This document shows positions 27,010 to 37,309 of a stretch of 64,000 nt of DNA, piece by piece (within the stretch, counting starts at the first letter, position 1; every line of letters begins with the position of its first letter). The translations under genes and the position numbers were made by a program. The notes under the pieces are model-generated. The model saw only the letters and a program-made list of their open reading frames with translations, was not told the origin of the DNA and ran no database searches. Where the stretch lies: positions 310,001 through 374,000 of IMG/VR virus record IMGVR_UViG_3300028840_001395, one strand, 5' to 3'.

Positions 27010-27839
27010 CGTCCTTCTCCTCGAATCTTGAGCTTCCGGCGAGGAAACTCCCAGTCGGGAATCTCGGTCGAGTAGATGCTCTCGATGGCCTTCCAGAGCA
27101 CCGTGCTCTGGCTGATGATGAACACGTCCTCTCCCGTGGCTTCCTTGAAATCCTGGATCTTCTGGGCCAGTCCCGAAGGCAGGAACCCAGCCCGCTGCTG
27201 CCAGCCCACCACCTCAACCCATCCCACGGGAGCCAGGTCATAGAGGGACTGAAGCAATCGGAACGAAGGCACCCACGAAAGCCCGAAGATGGTCGGTCGA
27301 TACTCGTAGGGCACCCGCTCCCGAAGAAGCACCCGAGCGAAGTTCGCCTCCATGATCGACCGGCACGGATGCGGGATGCCCTTCCTGCGCCCGGCCTTCT
27401 TCCGACCCCCGTGGGGCCGTGGTCCGCTACCACTGCGGGGCAAGATGGCTTCGGAGAACTTCGACACCCGCTGACCGAGCCGTCCCAGGCTGATCGCCCG
27501 GCGATGGTCATCCGAGAGCTTCTTGCCCTTCCACGGGGCCGACTTCTTCAGCCGCTTCGACTGGGCCTCACGCTCATCGACCGAAGCCCAGCGACGCTTC
27601 GCGGCTGCCGACTGCTTGGCCCGGCACTCATCCGAGCGACGACGGCTGGCAGGCATGTCAAGGGCGGCTCCGGGGAACATAGCCAGATAGTTCGCCGGGG
27701 TCATGTCGTGAGCGGTTCGCAGATGACGCCCCAACTGCCGTCTCATCGCCCCACAGATACGACATTCGACCGCAAAGAGGCCGTTATCCTCCCTGGTCTG
27801 GGCCACAGCCCCTCCATTCTGGGCGACAGTGGCCAGCAT
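27006..27839 (-). CDS. Homing-endonuclease-like protein (zinc finger, NUMOD3-like motif, degenerate PD-(D/E)xK domain)
   Basis: CRICG..LGRHLRTAH, KGKKLSDDHRRAIS and RSIMEANFARVL..YEYRP..WVPSF..WVEVVG. Confidence 0.65.
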   Translation of the reverse strand: MLATVAQNGGAVAQTREDNGLFAVECRICGAMRRQLGRHLRTAHDMTPANYLAMFPGAALDMPASRRRSDECRAKQSAAAKRRWASVDEREAQSKRLKKSAPWKGKKLSDDHRRAISLGRLGQRVSKFSEAILPRSGSGPRPHGGRKKAGRRKGIPHPCRSIMEANFARVLLRERVPYEYRPTIFGLSWVPSFRLLQSLYDLAPVGWVEVVGWQQRAGFLPSGLAQKIQDFKEATGEDVFIISQSTVLWKAIESIYSTEIPDWEFPRRKLKIRGEGR

Positions 27840-28498
27840 CAGAAGGTGAATCTCCAGGTGATCGTCAGAACCGCCGTGGCGGGCTTGGTCACTACGCTGA
27901 AAGTCAGGTAGTTGGCCATGATGTCCTTGCCCGTCACGTCGATGGTCGGGTCGTAGTCGGTCGGCCCGTTGTTGATGGGGTTCTTGTTGTTCGGGTTGAG
28001 CGAGTAGGTGCTCATGAGCCCCATCTCGTTGAGCGGCCCGACCGCCTCGGACTCCCCGAAGGTGCAGGTGAAGTCCACGATGTTCGTCGGGTAGCTGACG
28101 GCCACGCCATCGGAGTTCCGATACGTCGTGGCCGAGAACGCCTTCCGGGCGACCTCGCTGTTGAGCTTCCGCTGCTCCGGCTGCGGAGCGTCCGGGTTGA
28201 GGATGTTCCCCGTGGCTCCCGTGCCCACGCCCAGCATCGTCAGGCCATTGTTCTGGGTCGGGTTGGGCTGAAGGCTGTCCTTGAACAGCCTGGCGGCCAG
28301 AATCCCAGCATCGAGGGTGACCACGTTGTCCACTTCGTAGGACAACAGAATCTCGTCGGAAGCAGCGTCCCGCATCTCGATGAAGACCTGGCCCCTGGCA
28401 TTGGCCAAGAGTCTCATGATCTCCTGGTTGGGACCAAGGCTCATGCCGAGTTTCACGGCTGTCTGGGCTCGCCTGATTTTCTCCTGAAACTGGGACAT
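27839..28498 (-). CDS. Baseplate/tail-fibre attachment protein (tail fibre N-terminal-like fold)
   Basis: LGVGTG...KLNSEVARK...EAVGPLNEMGL...YLTFSVVTK...ITWRFTF pattern. Confidence 0.7.
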   Translation of the reverse strand: MSQFQEKIRRAQTAVKLGMSLGPNQEIMRLLANARGQVFIEMRDAASDEILLSYEVDNVVTLDAGILAARLFKDSLQPNPTQNNGLTMLGVGTGATGNILNPDAPQPEQRKLNSEVARKAFSATTYRNSDGVAVSYPTNIVDFTCTFGESEAVGPLNEMGLMSTYSLNPNNKNPINNGPTDYDPTIDVTGKDIMANYLTFSVVTKPATAVLTITWRFTF

Positions 28499-28540
28499 AT
28501 CTGCTCTCCAGCGAGTCCTGTTCCCTACTCTTGCTCCATC

Positions 28541-28555
28541 ATAGGCGATTTACCG
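28541..28555 (-). promoter_or_regulatory. Candidate late promoter CGGT-N7-CTAT (cggtaaatcgcctat)
   Basis: Lies 42 nt upstream of ATG 28498. Confidence 0.55.
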
Positions 28556-28636
28556 ACTAGAAGCCGGGCAGGACACCCCCGGCCCTTGCCGGAAAATCGC
28601 TCTCTCCTCTACACCATACCGAGTTCCGGGGCCGAA

Positions 28637-31600
28637 TCACCGATATGAGCCAGGCGGTGCATTTTTGAAGAGAACGGCAGAGTTCAACTCGCCGCCCAAC
28701 GCATGTTGCCCGATGACCTTGCCTGTATCATCTACCACCGGCCCCACATAGTTCCCGCCGCTGGCATAGAGGTAGTTGTTCGGAAGCTCGACGCCACCCA
28801 CGGTGGGCAGAAGCTCATCCACAGGGGTAGGGGGCTTCTCCCAGAACGCAGACCCGCTCAAGGTCAGAAGGAAGCCACCAAAGGGGCTCCCCGTAGTCTG
28901 ACCTGTCTCATACAGCCCAGCACTGGCTCCGGTGCCCCCCAGAGGAGGCCCCGTGCCATCGGGACTGTAGATGGGGTCTCCACCCACATCCGAGTAGCCC
29001 GATTCACCCAGCGGAAGCCCACCCTCGCACATGGTCGAGAGCAGCCCCTCATCCCCAGAACTGACCTCGAAGAAGTCCAGTTCTTCATAAAGAGCTTCGG
29101 GATCATTCGTGAAATTCAGGATGCGGTAGTCCAAGCTGCCAATCGAGGCCCCGAGAGAAGCCCCGAGAGAAGCCCCCACCGAGTCAGGAACCGTGGCGAT
29201 CTCCCAGTGGTCGGTGCCCTGCTGGCTCTTGGGGACCGGAGGGGTGCCCTCGTTGAGCAGCGTCACGCTGTCCAGGAGGGGCTGAGCTTCGAGGTAGGTG
29301 TTCGTGACCGGCTTGCCGGGGATGAAAACGATGGTGACGGGGACGTTATCCCCGGAGAACGTGTAGTCGTTCCCCTCGTCGTCCTGGCCTAGCGTGATGG
29401 TCTGGCCGTCCGCCGCGAGGGTGAACATCTCGTAGGTGAAGATGGTATCCCCATCCACGATCTTCCAGATGCTCTGGGCGAAGAGATGGGCGGGCTTCAG
29501 CGTCACCCGGCGGCTATCGAGGGTGGTGACTACCACGCTCTCGTGGAGCAAGTCCTTGGTCATCTCACCGCTGGTGATGACGTTGCTGTAATTCAAGACC
29601 ATGTGCTGCGGTGCGGTGTAGTCGTTCGTGATGGGCTTGAACAGCTTGTAGCGAACGAAGTCCCACCGCTGCTGGGTCACGGACTCGGGATTCAAAGCAC
29701 CCCAGGAGACCTTCCCGAAGTTCGATTCCACCCTCGGCAGATCGGGGTACTCGACGTTGATCCATCCCGCCGAAGGCTCGGTCGTGTAGGTGGCGAATCC
29801 GGTGCCGGGAACGCCCGGAGTCTCCGGCTTGTAGTAGGGCGGCAGCGGGAGGTCAGGCCGGAATACGGTGACACCCCAGTCCGGCGTCTGGAACACCCGC
29901 AGATCCACGTAGTCGCGCCAGTCCATCTCCTCGATGACGGGGCCATACTGGGCCGAGTTCTGGGCCGATGAGTTATCCGTCCGGGGGATCTCCCAGGAGT
30001 TGATGTCGGTCTTGTCTCCGCCCCGCCAGACTCCGAGCGTGCGCTTGCACTCGTCGGTGGGCCGGAGGGAGTAGCTCAGCGACCGCCACCGCGATTCGCT
30101 AGCCAGACTCTGCGTAACGCCGGATACCGTGTTGTGCGCCCCAAACACGCAGGTATTCTGTCCCGTGTTGCCGGGGAAATCGAAGAGGTTGCGTGGGGGT
30201 GACTGCGCCTCGTCATCGATGTAGAGCGTGACCGCACTGAGCGGCGCGACGACACGGTAGGTATGGAACTCCCCGTCGTCCCACTCGAAAGGGTATTCCT
30301 GAACCACAAGGTCATCGATATCGATGAGTTGGACGCTGCTGTTTGGTCCGCCTCGAAGACGTACTCCGACATGGTGGTCGCCGCCCACGTCGGCGTGGAA
30401 CCGGATGCCAGTGTTGCCATTCGCATCTCCCGTCCATGAGTCCACAGCAATCCGGGCCTCGATGATACGCCCGCCCTGGTCAGAGAACGGCAATCCCGTC
30501 TTGTCCAGATGGCTCGTGAACTGGATGGTCTCCCCGGCACTCTGGCTCACCACCAGGTCTTGGGCCTGAACCGCCCTCGACCCATCCGAACCCGAGACCA
30601 CCTCCCAACCCTGCTCGGTCGGGTCGAGGATCCCCGAGATGCTCTCCACGGGCAGATCAACAAGCTGACGCCAGCTTGTGCCAGGTTGGTTCTCCACGTA
30701 CAAGAGCGTCGCCAGGCGAACCTCGCGCTGACCATCGTTCAGAATCGCCTCGGCATCTCCAGCACCCAACGTCCCTGACTCAACTTTGAACTTCAGTCGG
30801 AGGTCGAAGTTCGAGTCCGGGGCGAAGAATGGCTCCAATCTTTCGTAACCGAAGCTGAAATCCAAACTTTCGGAGGCCGTTGTGCCCTTGAGAAGCAGAA
30901 CATCGCCGCTGGAGTCAACTTCCGAGTACCCAAAGGGCTGGGTGATGAACCACAGTTCCGCGTCTTCCTCGCACTCGGGCAACTCGTCCATCTCGGTGTA
31001 CACCCGGAGGGCGAAGTCCCGAAGGTTCGTCTGATCTGGCACCACAGCGTAGCGGGTGAACGACCAGACCGACTGGTTCGTCCCTCGGCGGCTCAGTGAC
31101 CCCCAGAAGAACTGCCCACCCTGGCCGATGACAAGGTTCAAGCCCGTGTTGGCGGGCTCCTCCAGAGTGCAGACCGTCGAGGTCAGGTCGAGGAGGGTCG
31201 CCGTAGTCAGACCCGACATCGTGAGCTGAATACGCTGGGTGTCGGGGTCAACCACGAAGCGGTAGGACGAAGCCGTCCCCTGCCACTGGGTCTCGAAGAT
31301 GACTTCGGGGTAAGTGTTCCCGAACAGCTTGGGGTCAGCCGGGAAGGCCGGGCTCACCGTGATGGTCGTTGTCCCGTCACACTGGGCCACGACATGCTCT
31401 GCCGTGTACACCCCAGCCTGGGTGCCCTCAAGGATCTGGAACCTGTCACCGTCTGCCAGGTCTTGTGGGGCCTCGGCGGTGTTGACGATGAGGGTCGTGC
31501 TGTCCTCGATAGTCCCGGTGGTCTTGGAACCAAGCTCCCAGGACTCGACATTGTGGATGTAGCGGGCGTCGAGCAGCATCCCGACATGTTGTAGGCCATT

Positions 31601-34039
31601 CACCGACAGTGCGCCGACCAGGTAGAGATGCTGATCGTTGTGGAAGCCGAACCCGACTCCAGTGAACACACCGTCAGGAGAGAGGTTCTCTTCCTCGACA
31701 TGGAATCGAGCGACCATGCTGATCGAGGCCGGGAAGGTCAGGTCTTCCAGCCTGTAATACTCGGCCACCTGGGGGTCGTCGGGGTCGAAGGAACCACTCT
31801 GGAGATCGATGACGGTGTAGGTGCCCTCGTTGATGTTGACCTGGCCCGTATCCGTCCCCAGAAGCTCCCAGACGGGCGAACTCGCTATGGGGGTCTGTGT
31901 GCCCTCATAGGAGACAGCATAGCCCGCCAGCGCCCTCTCAAAGCCCTCCTGCTGCCCTGCGTGGGGACTCTGGTTCATCAGGAGCGTCGTGGGGCTGTTC
32001 AGGAGTGCGGAGTACTCCCTCTCGAAGCCCATGTAGCGGTGCCCGATGAGCTTGGGCTGAGGCCGACTGATCGGCCCCATGACGAGACCCATCGGGAACC
32101 GGGCCGTATCCGCTGCCCCCAGTCCAGCATCTGTGTCACCGTGCCAGGCCGGGTCGTGGTGCCCTCGGGCTCGGTTCCACTTGTTGAACACCAGGCCCAG
32201 CGTGTTGAGGCCCTCCATCACCATGATGGGGGTGTTCATCCACTTGTAGTCGAGCGACACGTCGAAGTCAGGGGTGCCCGGTGGCATCAGTGGGATGGGA
32301 ATGGCGGTCTTGATCTCCCCGATGTAGGGATTGACCGATGCAACCTCGACCGGGACTCCATTGACCTCGACCGTCACGTCCTGGTCTGTCGCGGGAGTCG
32401 CATCACCCCAGCCCTTGACCAGCGGCCCCCGCTTGGTCAACACCGAGTCATTGGCCAGCGAGGGGTCACCGATGAAGGATGACCCGGCGTTGTGCATGAA
32501 GTTCCAGGCTGCCGAGAACACGGTCTTGGTCGCCGTGTAGGAGATACCCCGGACGGTGAAACCCTCGACACTGAACGCCTCGTCGTAAAAGAACCAAGAA
32601 GCCCCACCATCACCCATCGAGGGCTGGTCGAAGAGAGCCTCGGCCCCCGAGGTGAGGGGAAGCTCGTTGAACAGGATGGCGTAGATGCCACCCTTGCGGT
32701 TCCTGACCACCGATACGGTGTTGGTGCCTGTGCTCCACTCGACGTTGAGCGTCGTATCGAAGGTTCCACACTGGATGCGAAGCTGATCAGCTCCGAGATT
32801 CTGCTGGAACGTGATGTCCACCTGGACACCCATGCCAGGCGGGCCACTCTGCACCCGGAACACCCCGACGTGAGGGTTCGGGAAAGATGAGAGCGGCGGA
32901 ACGTACTGGGTCGTCTCGGCGTTGAACGTGAAGTCCACCCGGAAGCTCGCCGGGTCGAGGGACGCCTTGCCCGTCGTATCCCAGAATCCCCAGCCGTAGG
33001 GTTCGTTGGCGACCTTGGACATCCACAGGTAGTTCGACACGATCTGCGATGTGCCGTTGGCCGGGAAGATCTCGATGCCGTCGAAGGTCGGGTCATCGCT
33101 CGGGAGCACAGAGCCGTCGTAGCTGATGGCTGTCGCAGGAGAGATGCTGGTTGCATAGTCCAGGGAGGTCATCCCCGTGACCTGCATGTGGACTTGATGC
33201 GGATCCCCACCATAGGGGTGCGTCACCGTCACGGGCGTGATGTCGATGGGGTAGTCCGGCGTCGGGGTGAACCCGTAGGACTCGGGGGCCAGGATGCCGT
33301 AGAGGTTCCCGACCGGCTCCTCTGCCTCGGGGAGCATGGCATGGAGGAAACTGAAGATCAGTTCATCCCCACTGATGGGGTAGACCACATAGGGCGGAGG
33401 CTCACCCTTGGTGTAGAGCGTCACCGGCACGTTGAGGATGGGGTTGCCCGAGATGTCGGTCGGCCCAGAGCAGTTGATCTGGTAGGTGCCACCCAGCATC
33501 GTTCCCGTGTGGGTGAGGATGACCGATGTAACCCCCCGCAGGTAGTCTCCGACCGAGATGCCCAGCGAGCCCATATCCCCGATATCGACGCGGGTGACCA
33601 CCGAGGGGCCACCGATGAGCGGTGTCAACGTGTAGCTGGCCGGGTCGGTCAGTGCGGGGTTGTTCGGGTCCATCGGCTCGGAGAAGAAGACCTCGATCTC
33701 CCAGCCGTTGAGGCTCAAGGCTGAGAGCATCCGGGGTGGGATGTGCTCGATAGACCCGTAGGGGCCTGTCCCGAAGGCGTCGCCGCCGTAGCCGCCGTCC
33801 ACCTCGATGTCGGGAGCCGGGAACATCCGACTGCCGTAGGAGGCCATCCCGTAGGGACTTCCTACAGGAGAAGTCCCCTGCCCGCCTCCGGGAACCCATC
33901 CCACGCCGCCGTAGCCAGAACCTTCGGGGTAGGAAGGGCAATCGTAGACCGCCTCCTGTCCCGGAGGGGGGAACGGCCCAGACCCGAACACGCTCCACTG
34001 GTAGCACTCGCTCGGGTCAGTATCAGGAGTCCAGCCCAA
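28637..34039 (-). CDS. Large virion structural protein (about 1800 aa) with probable Ig-like and lectin-like beta-sandwich domains
   Basis: Long acidic, beta-rich ORF with an Ig-like IEVFFSEPMD..TDPASYTL..TDISGN segment and a LamG-like WDDGEFHTYRVV..VTLYID segment. The TTG start is uncertain. Confidence 0.75.
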   Translation of the reverse strand: MGWTPDTDPSECYQWSVFGSGPFPPPGQEAVYDCPSYPEGSGYGGVGWVPGGGQGTSPVGSPYGMASYGSRMFPAPDIEVDGGYGGDAFGTGPYGSIEHIPPRMLSALSLNGWEIEVFFSEPMDPNNPALTDPASYTLTPLIGGPSVVTRVDIGDMGSLGISVGDYLRGVTSVILTHTGTMLGGTYQINCSGPTDISGNPILNVPVTLYTKGEPPPYVVYPISGDELIFSFLHAMLPEAEEPVGNLYGILAPESYGFTPTPDYPIDITPVTVTHPYGGDPHQVHMQVTGMTSLDYATSISPATAISYDGSVLPSDDPTFDGIEIFPANGTSQIVSNYLWMSKVANEPYGWGFWDTTGKASLDPASFRVDFTFNAETTQYVPPLSSFPNPHVGVFRVQSGPPGMGVQVDITFQQNLGADQLRIQCGTFDTTLNVEWSTGTNTVSVVRNRKGGIYAILFNELPLTSGAEALFDQPSMGDGGASWFFYDEAFSVEGFTVRGISYTATKTVFSAAWNFMHNAGSSFIGDPSLANDSVLTKRGPLVKGWGDATPATDQDVTVEVNGVPVEVASVNPYIGEIKTAIPIPLMPPGTPDFDVSLDYKWMNTPIMVMEGLNTLGLVFNKWNRARGHHDPAWHGDTDAGLGAADTARFPMGLVMGPISRPQPKLIGHRYMGFEREYSALLNSPTTLLMNQSPHAGQQEGFERALAGYAVSYEGTQTPIASSPVWELLGTDTGQVNINEGTYTVIDLQSGSFDPDDPQVAEYYRLEDLTFPASISMVARFHVEEENLSPDGVFTGVGFGFHNDQHLYLVGALSVNGLQHVGMLLDARYIHNVESWELGSKTTGTIEDSTTLIVNTAEAPQDLADGDRFQILEGTQAGVYTAEHVVAQCDGTTTITVSPAFPADPKLFGNTYPEVIFETQWQGTASSYRFVVDPDTQRIQLTMSGLTTATLLDLTSTVCTLEEPANTGLNLVIGQGGQFFWGSLSRRGTNQSVWSFTRYAVVPDQTNLRDFALRVYTEMDELPECEEDAELWFITQPFGYSEVDSSGDVLLLKGTTASESLDFSFGYERLEPFFAPDSNFDLRLKFKVESGTLGAGDAEAILNDGQREVRLATLLYVENQPGTSWRQLVDLPVESISGILDPTEQGWEVVSGSDGSRAVQAQDLVVSQSAGETIQFTSHLDKTGLPFSDQGGRIIEARIAVDSWTGDANGNTGIRFHADVGGDHHVGVRLRGGPNSSVQLIDIDDLVVQEYPFEWDDGEFHTYRVVAPLSAVTLYIDDEAQSPPRNLFDFPGNTGQNTCVFGAHNTVSGVTQSLASESRWRSLSYSLRPTDECKRTLGVWRGGDKTDINSWEIPRTDNSSAQNSAQYGPVIEEMDWRDYVDLRVFQTPDWGVTVFRPDLPLPPYYKPETPGVPGTGFATYTTEPSAGWINVEYPDLPRVESNFGKVSWGALNPESVTQQRWDFVRYKLFKPITNDYTAPQHMVLNYSNVITSGEMTKDLLHESVVVTTLDSRRVTLKPAHLFAQSIWKIVDGDTIFTYEMFTLAADGQTITLGQDDEGNDYTFSGDNVPVTIVFIPGKPVTNTYLEAQPLLDSVTLLNEGTPPVPKSQQGTDHWEIATVPDSVGASLGASLGASIGSLDYRILNFTNDPEALYEELDFFEVSSGDEGLLSTMCEGGLPLGESGYSDVGGDPIYSPDGTGPPLGGTGASAGLYETGQTTGSPFGGFLLTLSGSAFWEKPPTPVDELLPTVGGVELPNNYLYASGGNYVGPVVDDTGKVIGQHALGGELNSAVLFKNAPPGSYR

Positions 34040-34050
34040 CTATGCGCCCC

Positions 34051-37000
34051 CTAGCAGATGAACCAGTTCAGTCCATCTGAATAGAGTCGAATCGCCTGAC
34101 CGTTGACAGCCACCATCACGACGGGGGCTCCATCGATGGTTTCAGGGCCGCCGGGAAGGATAGCGAATGGTGCCAGTCCCGCATTCAGGCTCTCATCCTT
34201 GATGGTGACCTCTCGCCCCGGCGGGGGAGGAGTTGGAAGTACCACAGCGTAACCCGGCAAAGCCACTGGGTTAAACATCCCGACCAAACGAGCCGTGGCA
34301 GTCACAGGCACGGCGAATGGGGGCGGGGGGAGCAGAGTGCAGTCGATCTTCTGATAGACCAGCGTCGGGCCACCACCGCCACCACCGCAACAAGAACCTC
34401 CCGCCGTGATGTCGCCGGTAGCGTGCAGGTCACCAAAGATCGTCAACTCGTCCGTGTCGGTACAGCCGATGTCCACGTACTTGTTGTAGTCACCGGGCGT
34501 GAAGGTCGCCCCCGAGGCCACTCGAAGCTCACCCAGGTTGGCGGTGTTGAGTGTGGGGGGTTCCGATGCGATGAACAGCACATCGCCATTCGGCCCCGGT
34601 GTCAGGCTCCTCAACCGGAGAGCGCCGCCTTGATTTGAGGCTACGAACTGATAGCTCGAAAGATTGATCCGAGTAACAAGAGCATTCAGGTCATCCGCAG
34701 CATCAACCAGGAACCTCTCAACGCCATTCAGACCCCCGACATAGAACACCCCGGAACCACCCGCGACAAAGGGGTTCGCTGCGTCAAGAGAGGCCCACGA
34801 GATAGTGTTGTCCAAGAGACAGACTCGAATCGTAGAGGCAGTCGAATCCGCCAAATTCGTTGCCATCCCTGGAGCCAAGAAGATAGTGCCGCCCAAAGCC
34901 GGGAAAGGCGCGGCACCCGAAGGCTGATAGCACGTCCCGCCTTGGACATAGACACTGCCGCCCAACGTGTCCCCACTGCCCACCGACCCGAAGTCCGGGT
35001 AGGACTCACCACCACCCAGAACGATACGACCAAGCTCGTCCGTGTCGGACTCGTAGTTGTTCCGTGTCCGCAGGTGCAGATTGAACGGCGCATGTCCGTC
35101 CGTGGCATTCATCGCGTTCGGATTGCCACCCATGATGAGGCCAGCGGGCAGACCCCGGTGAGTGCCGCTTGCTGCGAAGTCATTGGACACGACCGAGCGG
35201 CCCAGAGACATCGAAGCTGCTCCGGCATAGGTACCCGGACGCAGATTGATCTCGGAACCCAGGTTGTCGAGGGCTCCGTTGGGGGCACCGGACACGAAGG
35301 GGCCGATGTCCACGTTGCCTTCGACCTGAAGGCCGCCGGTCAGAACCTCGTCTTCCAGCCAGTCCTCGACGGGCGTTTCTGCCCCGCCGATCTGTACGGC
35401 CCCTGCGTCGGCGGTGATCGTCCGCCCGGCTCCGTCGCCGTAGGTCAAGGGCTGCAACGAATCGAGGCCGTCATAGGCCGAGTCCAGCGAGTAGTAGGGG
35501 GAGGTACCCAGCGGGAGAGCAGCCCCCACGAGCATGTCGATGGCGTTCTGCACCTTGTTCGTGGGCAGAAGCCCCGGCACACCACCCACGGGATCCACCG
35601 GGTCAACGTAGGCGTTGTCGTAGAGCAGCGACTCGCCCCTCGTCAGGGGCTCCCACTCATCCGGGGCTCCCGTGGGGAAGATGTAGTCGCCACCGAACCG
35701 GATGGACGACGGATAGAATCCCACAGTGTTCGAGGTCTGCTTCGTCCGAACGCTGATGTCCTCCTCGACCCGCGTGTTGTTGAGGAAGATCTGGACATCG
35801 TAGCTGACCGCACCCACCCCAGCGAGCACCCCCGATGTATCGGCCAGCTCGAAGGCCAGGAGGGGATTGACCGAGGTTTCCTCACCGTCGAACTCGCAGT
35901 TCGTGCCGTAGAAGATGCCGGGCAATCCACGGAAGGCGTAGCCGTTCACGGCCATTGCCCGAACCCAGGACTGCTCGAACCTGACCTCGGCCCCGTCCGG
36001 GTCATCCTGGAAGTTCGTGTTGTACCGGACACCCGAGTCACCCCAGATGTTGGATCGGAGACCGTAGATGACTCCGATATCAGTCATGGTGACCGCATAG
36101 TTGGTCGGGTCATCCACCTGTGCGTACACGAAGCTGTCCCGGAAGAAGATCTGCGGGGGAAGCGCACCATTCGCTTCGGATACGATAGCCCCGGTTGCCG
36201 CCCCCGTCTGAACGACGTTGCAGCGGTCGAACAGCATCAGACCGCCGATGTGACGAAGGACTGGTTCAGTGCTGGGTGCGAAGTTCAGAAGTTCGATTCC
36301 ACGGAGCACCACGAAGTCTCCGGGATTCGTCCCCGTGAAGAAGTGGTGCGCCCCTGGATTGGTGGTGGGGAAGATTGCCACCCCGATCATCTGACCGGGA
36401 TTAGGTTCTGTGACCACCACCTCACCGGGGGTATCCGCGATCAGGTGAACGTGTGGGATAAGCCGCAAGTCCTCCTGATACGCACCCGGAGCGATCTTGA
36501 TGATGTAGGGGTTGAACTCATCGAGGGGAGCTTCCCCCCGACTGACACAGTTCTCCGCGTAGGTGATGGCCAGGTTGATGCTGGAGAAGTCCGCGAAGCC
36601 CTCGCAGGCAATCCGCATCCCTGTCTCGTCCTCGCGCCCTGTCTCCGGCCCTGGCATCCTGACGATGTTGGTCGGATCGTTGGGCTCGATAGGACTTGTG
36701 TAGCTACGCCCCCTGTTGTGATCGACGTAGAGGACACGCCCGCTCATCGAAGCACGCCGCACAAGGAGCATCAACCGCTGGAGGTTCGAGTTCTGCTCAT
36801 TGGCCCAACCCTGGGCCGACACGTCAGCGGGGATCGTGCCACTCTCGTCTCGCCGCTCACCCGCCGAGATCAGGAACAGCTCCGCGAAGGTCGTCTTGAC
36901 CCGGAGCCGGACGAACTGGACATCCTCGGTGGCCTCTCCTGCATCTGTCACCAGGCGGATGAGGTAGGCCCCCTCATTATCCACCGTGAACTTGGTCTGC

Positions 37001-37254
37001 TGGGTCACCGTGCTCGTCAGGTTGGCCGTCGAATCCTCACGGGTGTAGGCATCGGCGTCCGGAGCAGCCGCCTCTGGCCCCGAAGTCTCGGGGGTAAAGG
37101 ACAACTGCCAGCTATAGCTGACAGCCGAATGGACGGATGTGCAGGTGACCTCATAACCCTTGCGGAGGTCGTTCCGGCTCGTCCCCTCGGTCATGGGGCC
37201 GATAGGAACACCCGTGGGCGAAGTCTTCAGGGTTACACGGATGATGGCGGGCAT
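34051..37254 (-). CDS. Tail fibre/spike-like protein (1067 aa)
   Basis: PKD-like N-terminus, a pectin-lyase-like entry (SINLAI..IIKIAPGAYQEDL), and a C-terminal VVLP..GREVTIKDE..TIDG..LYSDG.NWF fibre module. AAGGAGG RBS. Confidence 0.75.
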   Translation of the reverse strand: MPAIIRVTLKTSPTGVPIGPMTEGTSRNDLRKGYEVTCTSVHSAVSYSWQLSFTPETSGPEAAAPDADAYTREDSTANLTSTVTQQTKFTVDNEGAYLIRLVTDAGEATEDVQFVRLRVKTTFAELFLISAGERRDESGTIPADVSAQGWANEQNSNLQRLMLLVRRASMSGRVLYVDHNRGRSYTSPIEPNDPTNIVRMPGPETGREDETGMRIACEGFADFSSINLAITYAENCVSRGEAPLDEFNPYIIKIAPGAYQEDLRLIPHVHLIADTPGEVVVTEPNPGQMIGVAIFPTTNPGAHHFFTGTNPGDFVVLRGIELLNFAPSTEPVLRHIGGLMLFDRCNVVQTGAATGAIVSEANGALPPQIFFRDSFVYAQVDDPTNYAVTMTDIGVIYGLRSNIWGDSGVRYNTNFQDDPDGAEVRFEQSWVRAMAVNGYAFRGLPGIFYGTNCEFDGEETSVNPLLAFELADTSGVLAGVGAVSYDVQIFLNNTRVEEDISVRTKQTSNTVGFYPSSIRFGGDYIFPTGAPDEWEPLTRGESLLYDNAYVDPVDPVGGVPGLLPTNKVQNAIDMLVGAALPLGTSPYYSLDSAYDGLDSLQPLTYGDGAGRTITADAGAVQIGGAETPVEDWLEDEVLTGGLQVEGNVDIGPFVSGAPNGALDNLGSEINLRPGTYAGAASMSLGRSVVSNDFAASGTHRGLPAGLIMGGNPNAMNATDGHAPFNLHLRTRNNYESDTDELGRIVLGGGESYPDFGSVGSGDTLGGSVYVQGGTCYQPSGAAPFPALGGTIFLAPGMATNLADSTASTIRVCLLDNTISWASLDAANPFVAGGSGVFYVGGLNGVERFLVDAADDLNALVTRINLSSYQFVASNQGGALRLRSLTPGPNGDVLFIASEPPTLNTANLGELRVASGATFTPGDYNKYVDIGCTDTDELTIFGDLHATGDITAGGSCCGGGGGGPTLVYQKIDCTLLPPPPFAVPVTATARLVGMFNPVALPGYAVVLPTPPPPGREVTIKDESLNAGLAPFAILPGGPETIDGAPVVMVAVNGQAIRLYSDGLNWFIC

Positions 37255-37294
37255 GTGACCCTCCTTCTAGCGCACGCTCTATGTAGTCGGGCCT

Positions 37295-37309
37295 ATACCC
37301 TTACTACCG
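37295..37309 (-). promoter_or_regulatory. Candidate late promoter CGGT-N7-GTAT (cggtagtaagggtat)
   Basis: Lies 40 nt upstream of ATG 37254 and overlaps the upstream stop codon. Confidence 0.45.

Noticed and set aside
28563-28583. GCCGGG-N9-CCCGGC hairpin as an intrinsic terminator
   Set aside because: The stem is only 6 bp with no convincing U-tract, which is common by chance in GC-rich DNA.
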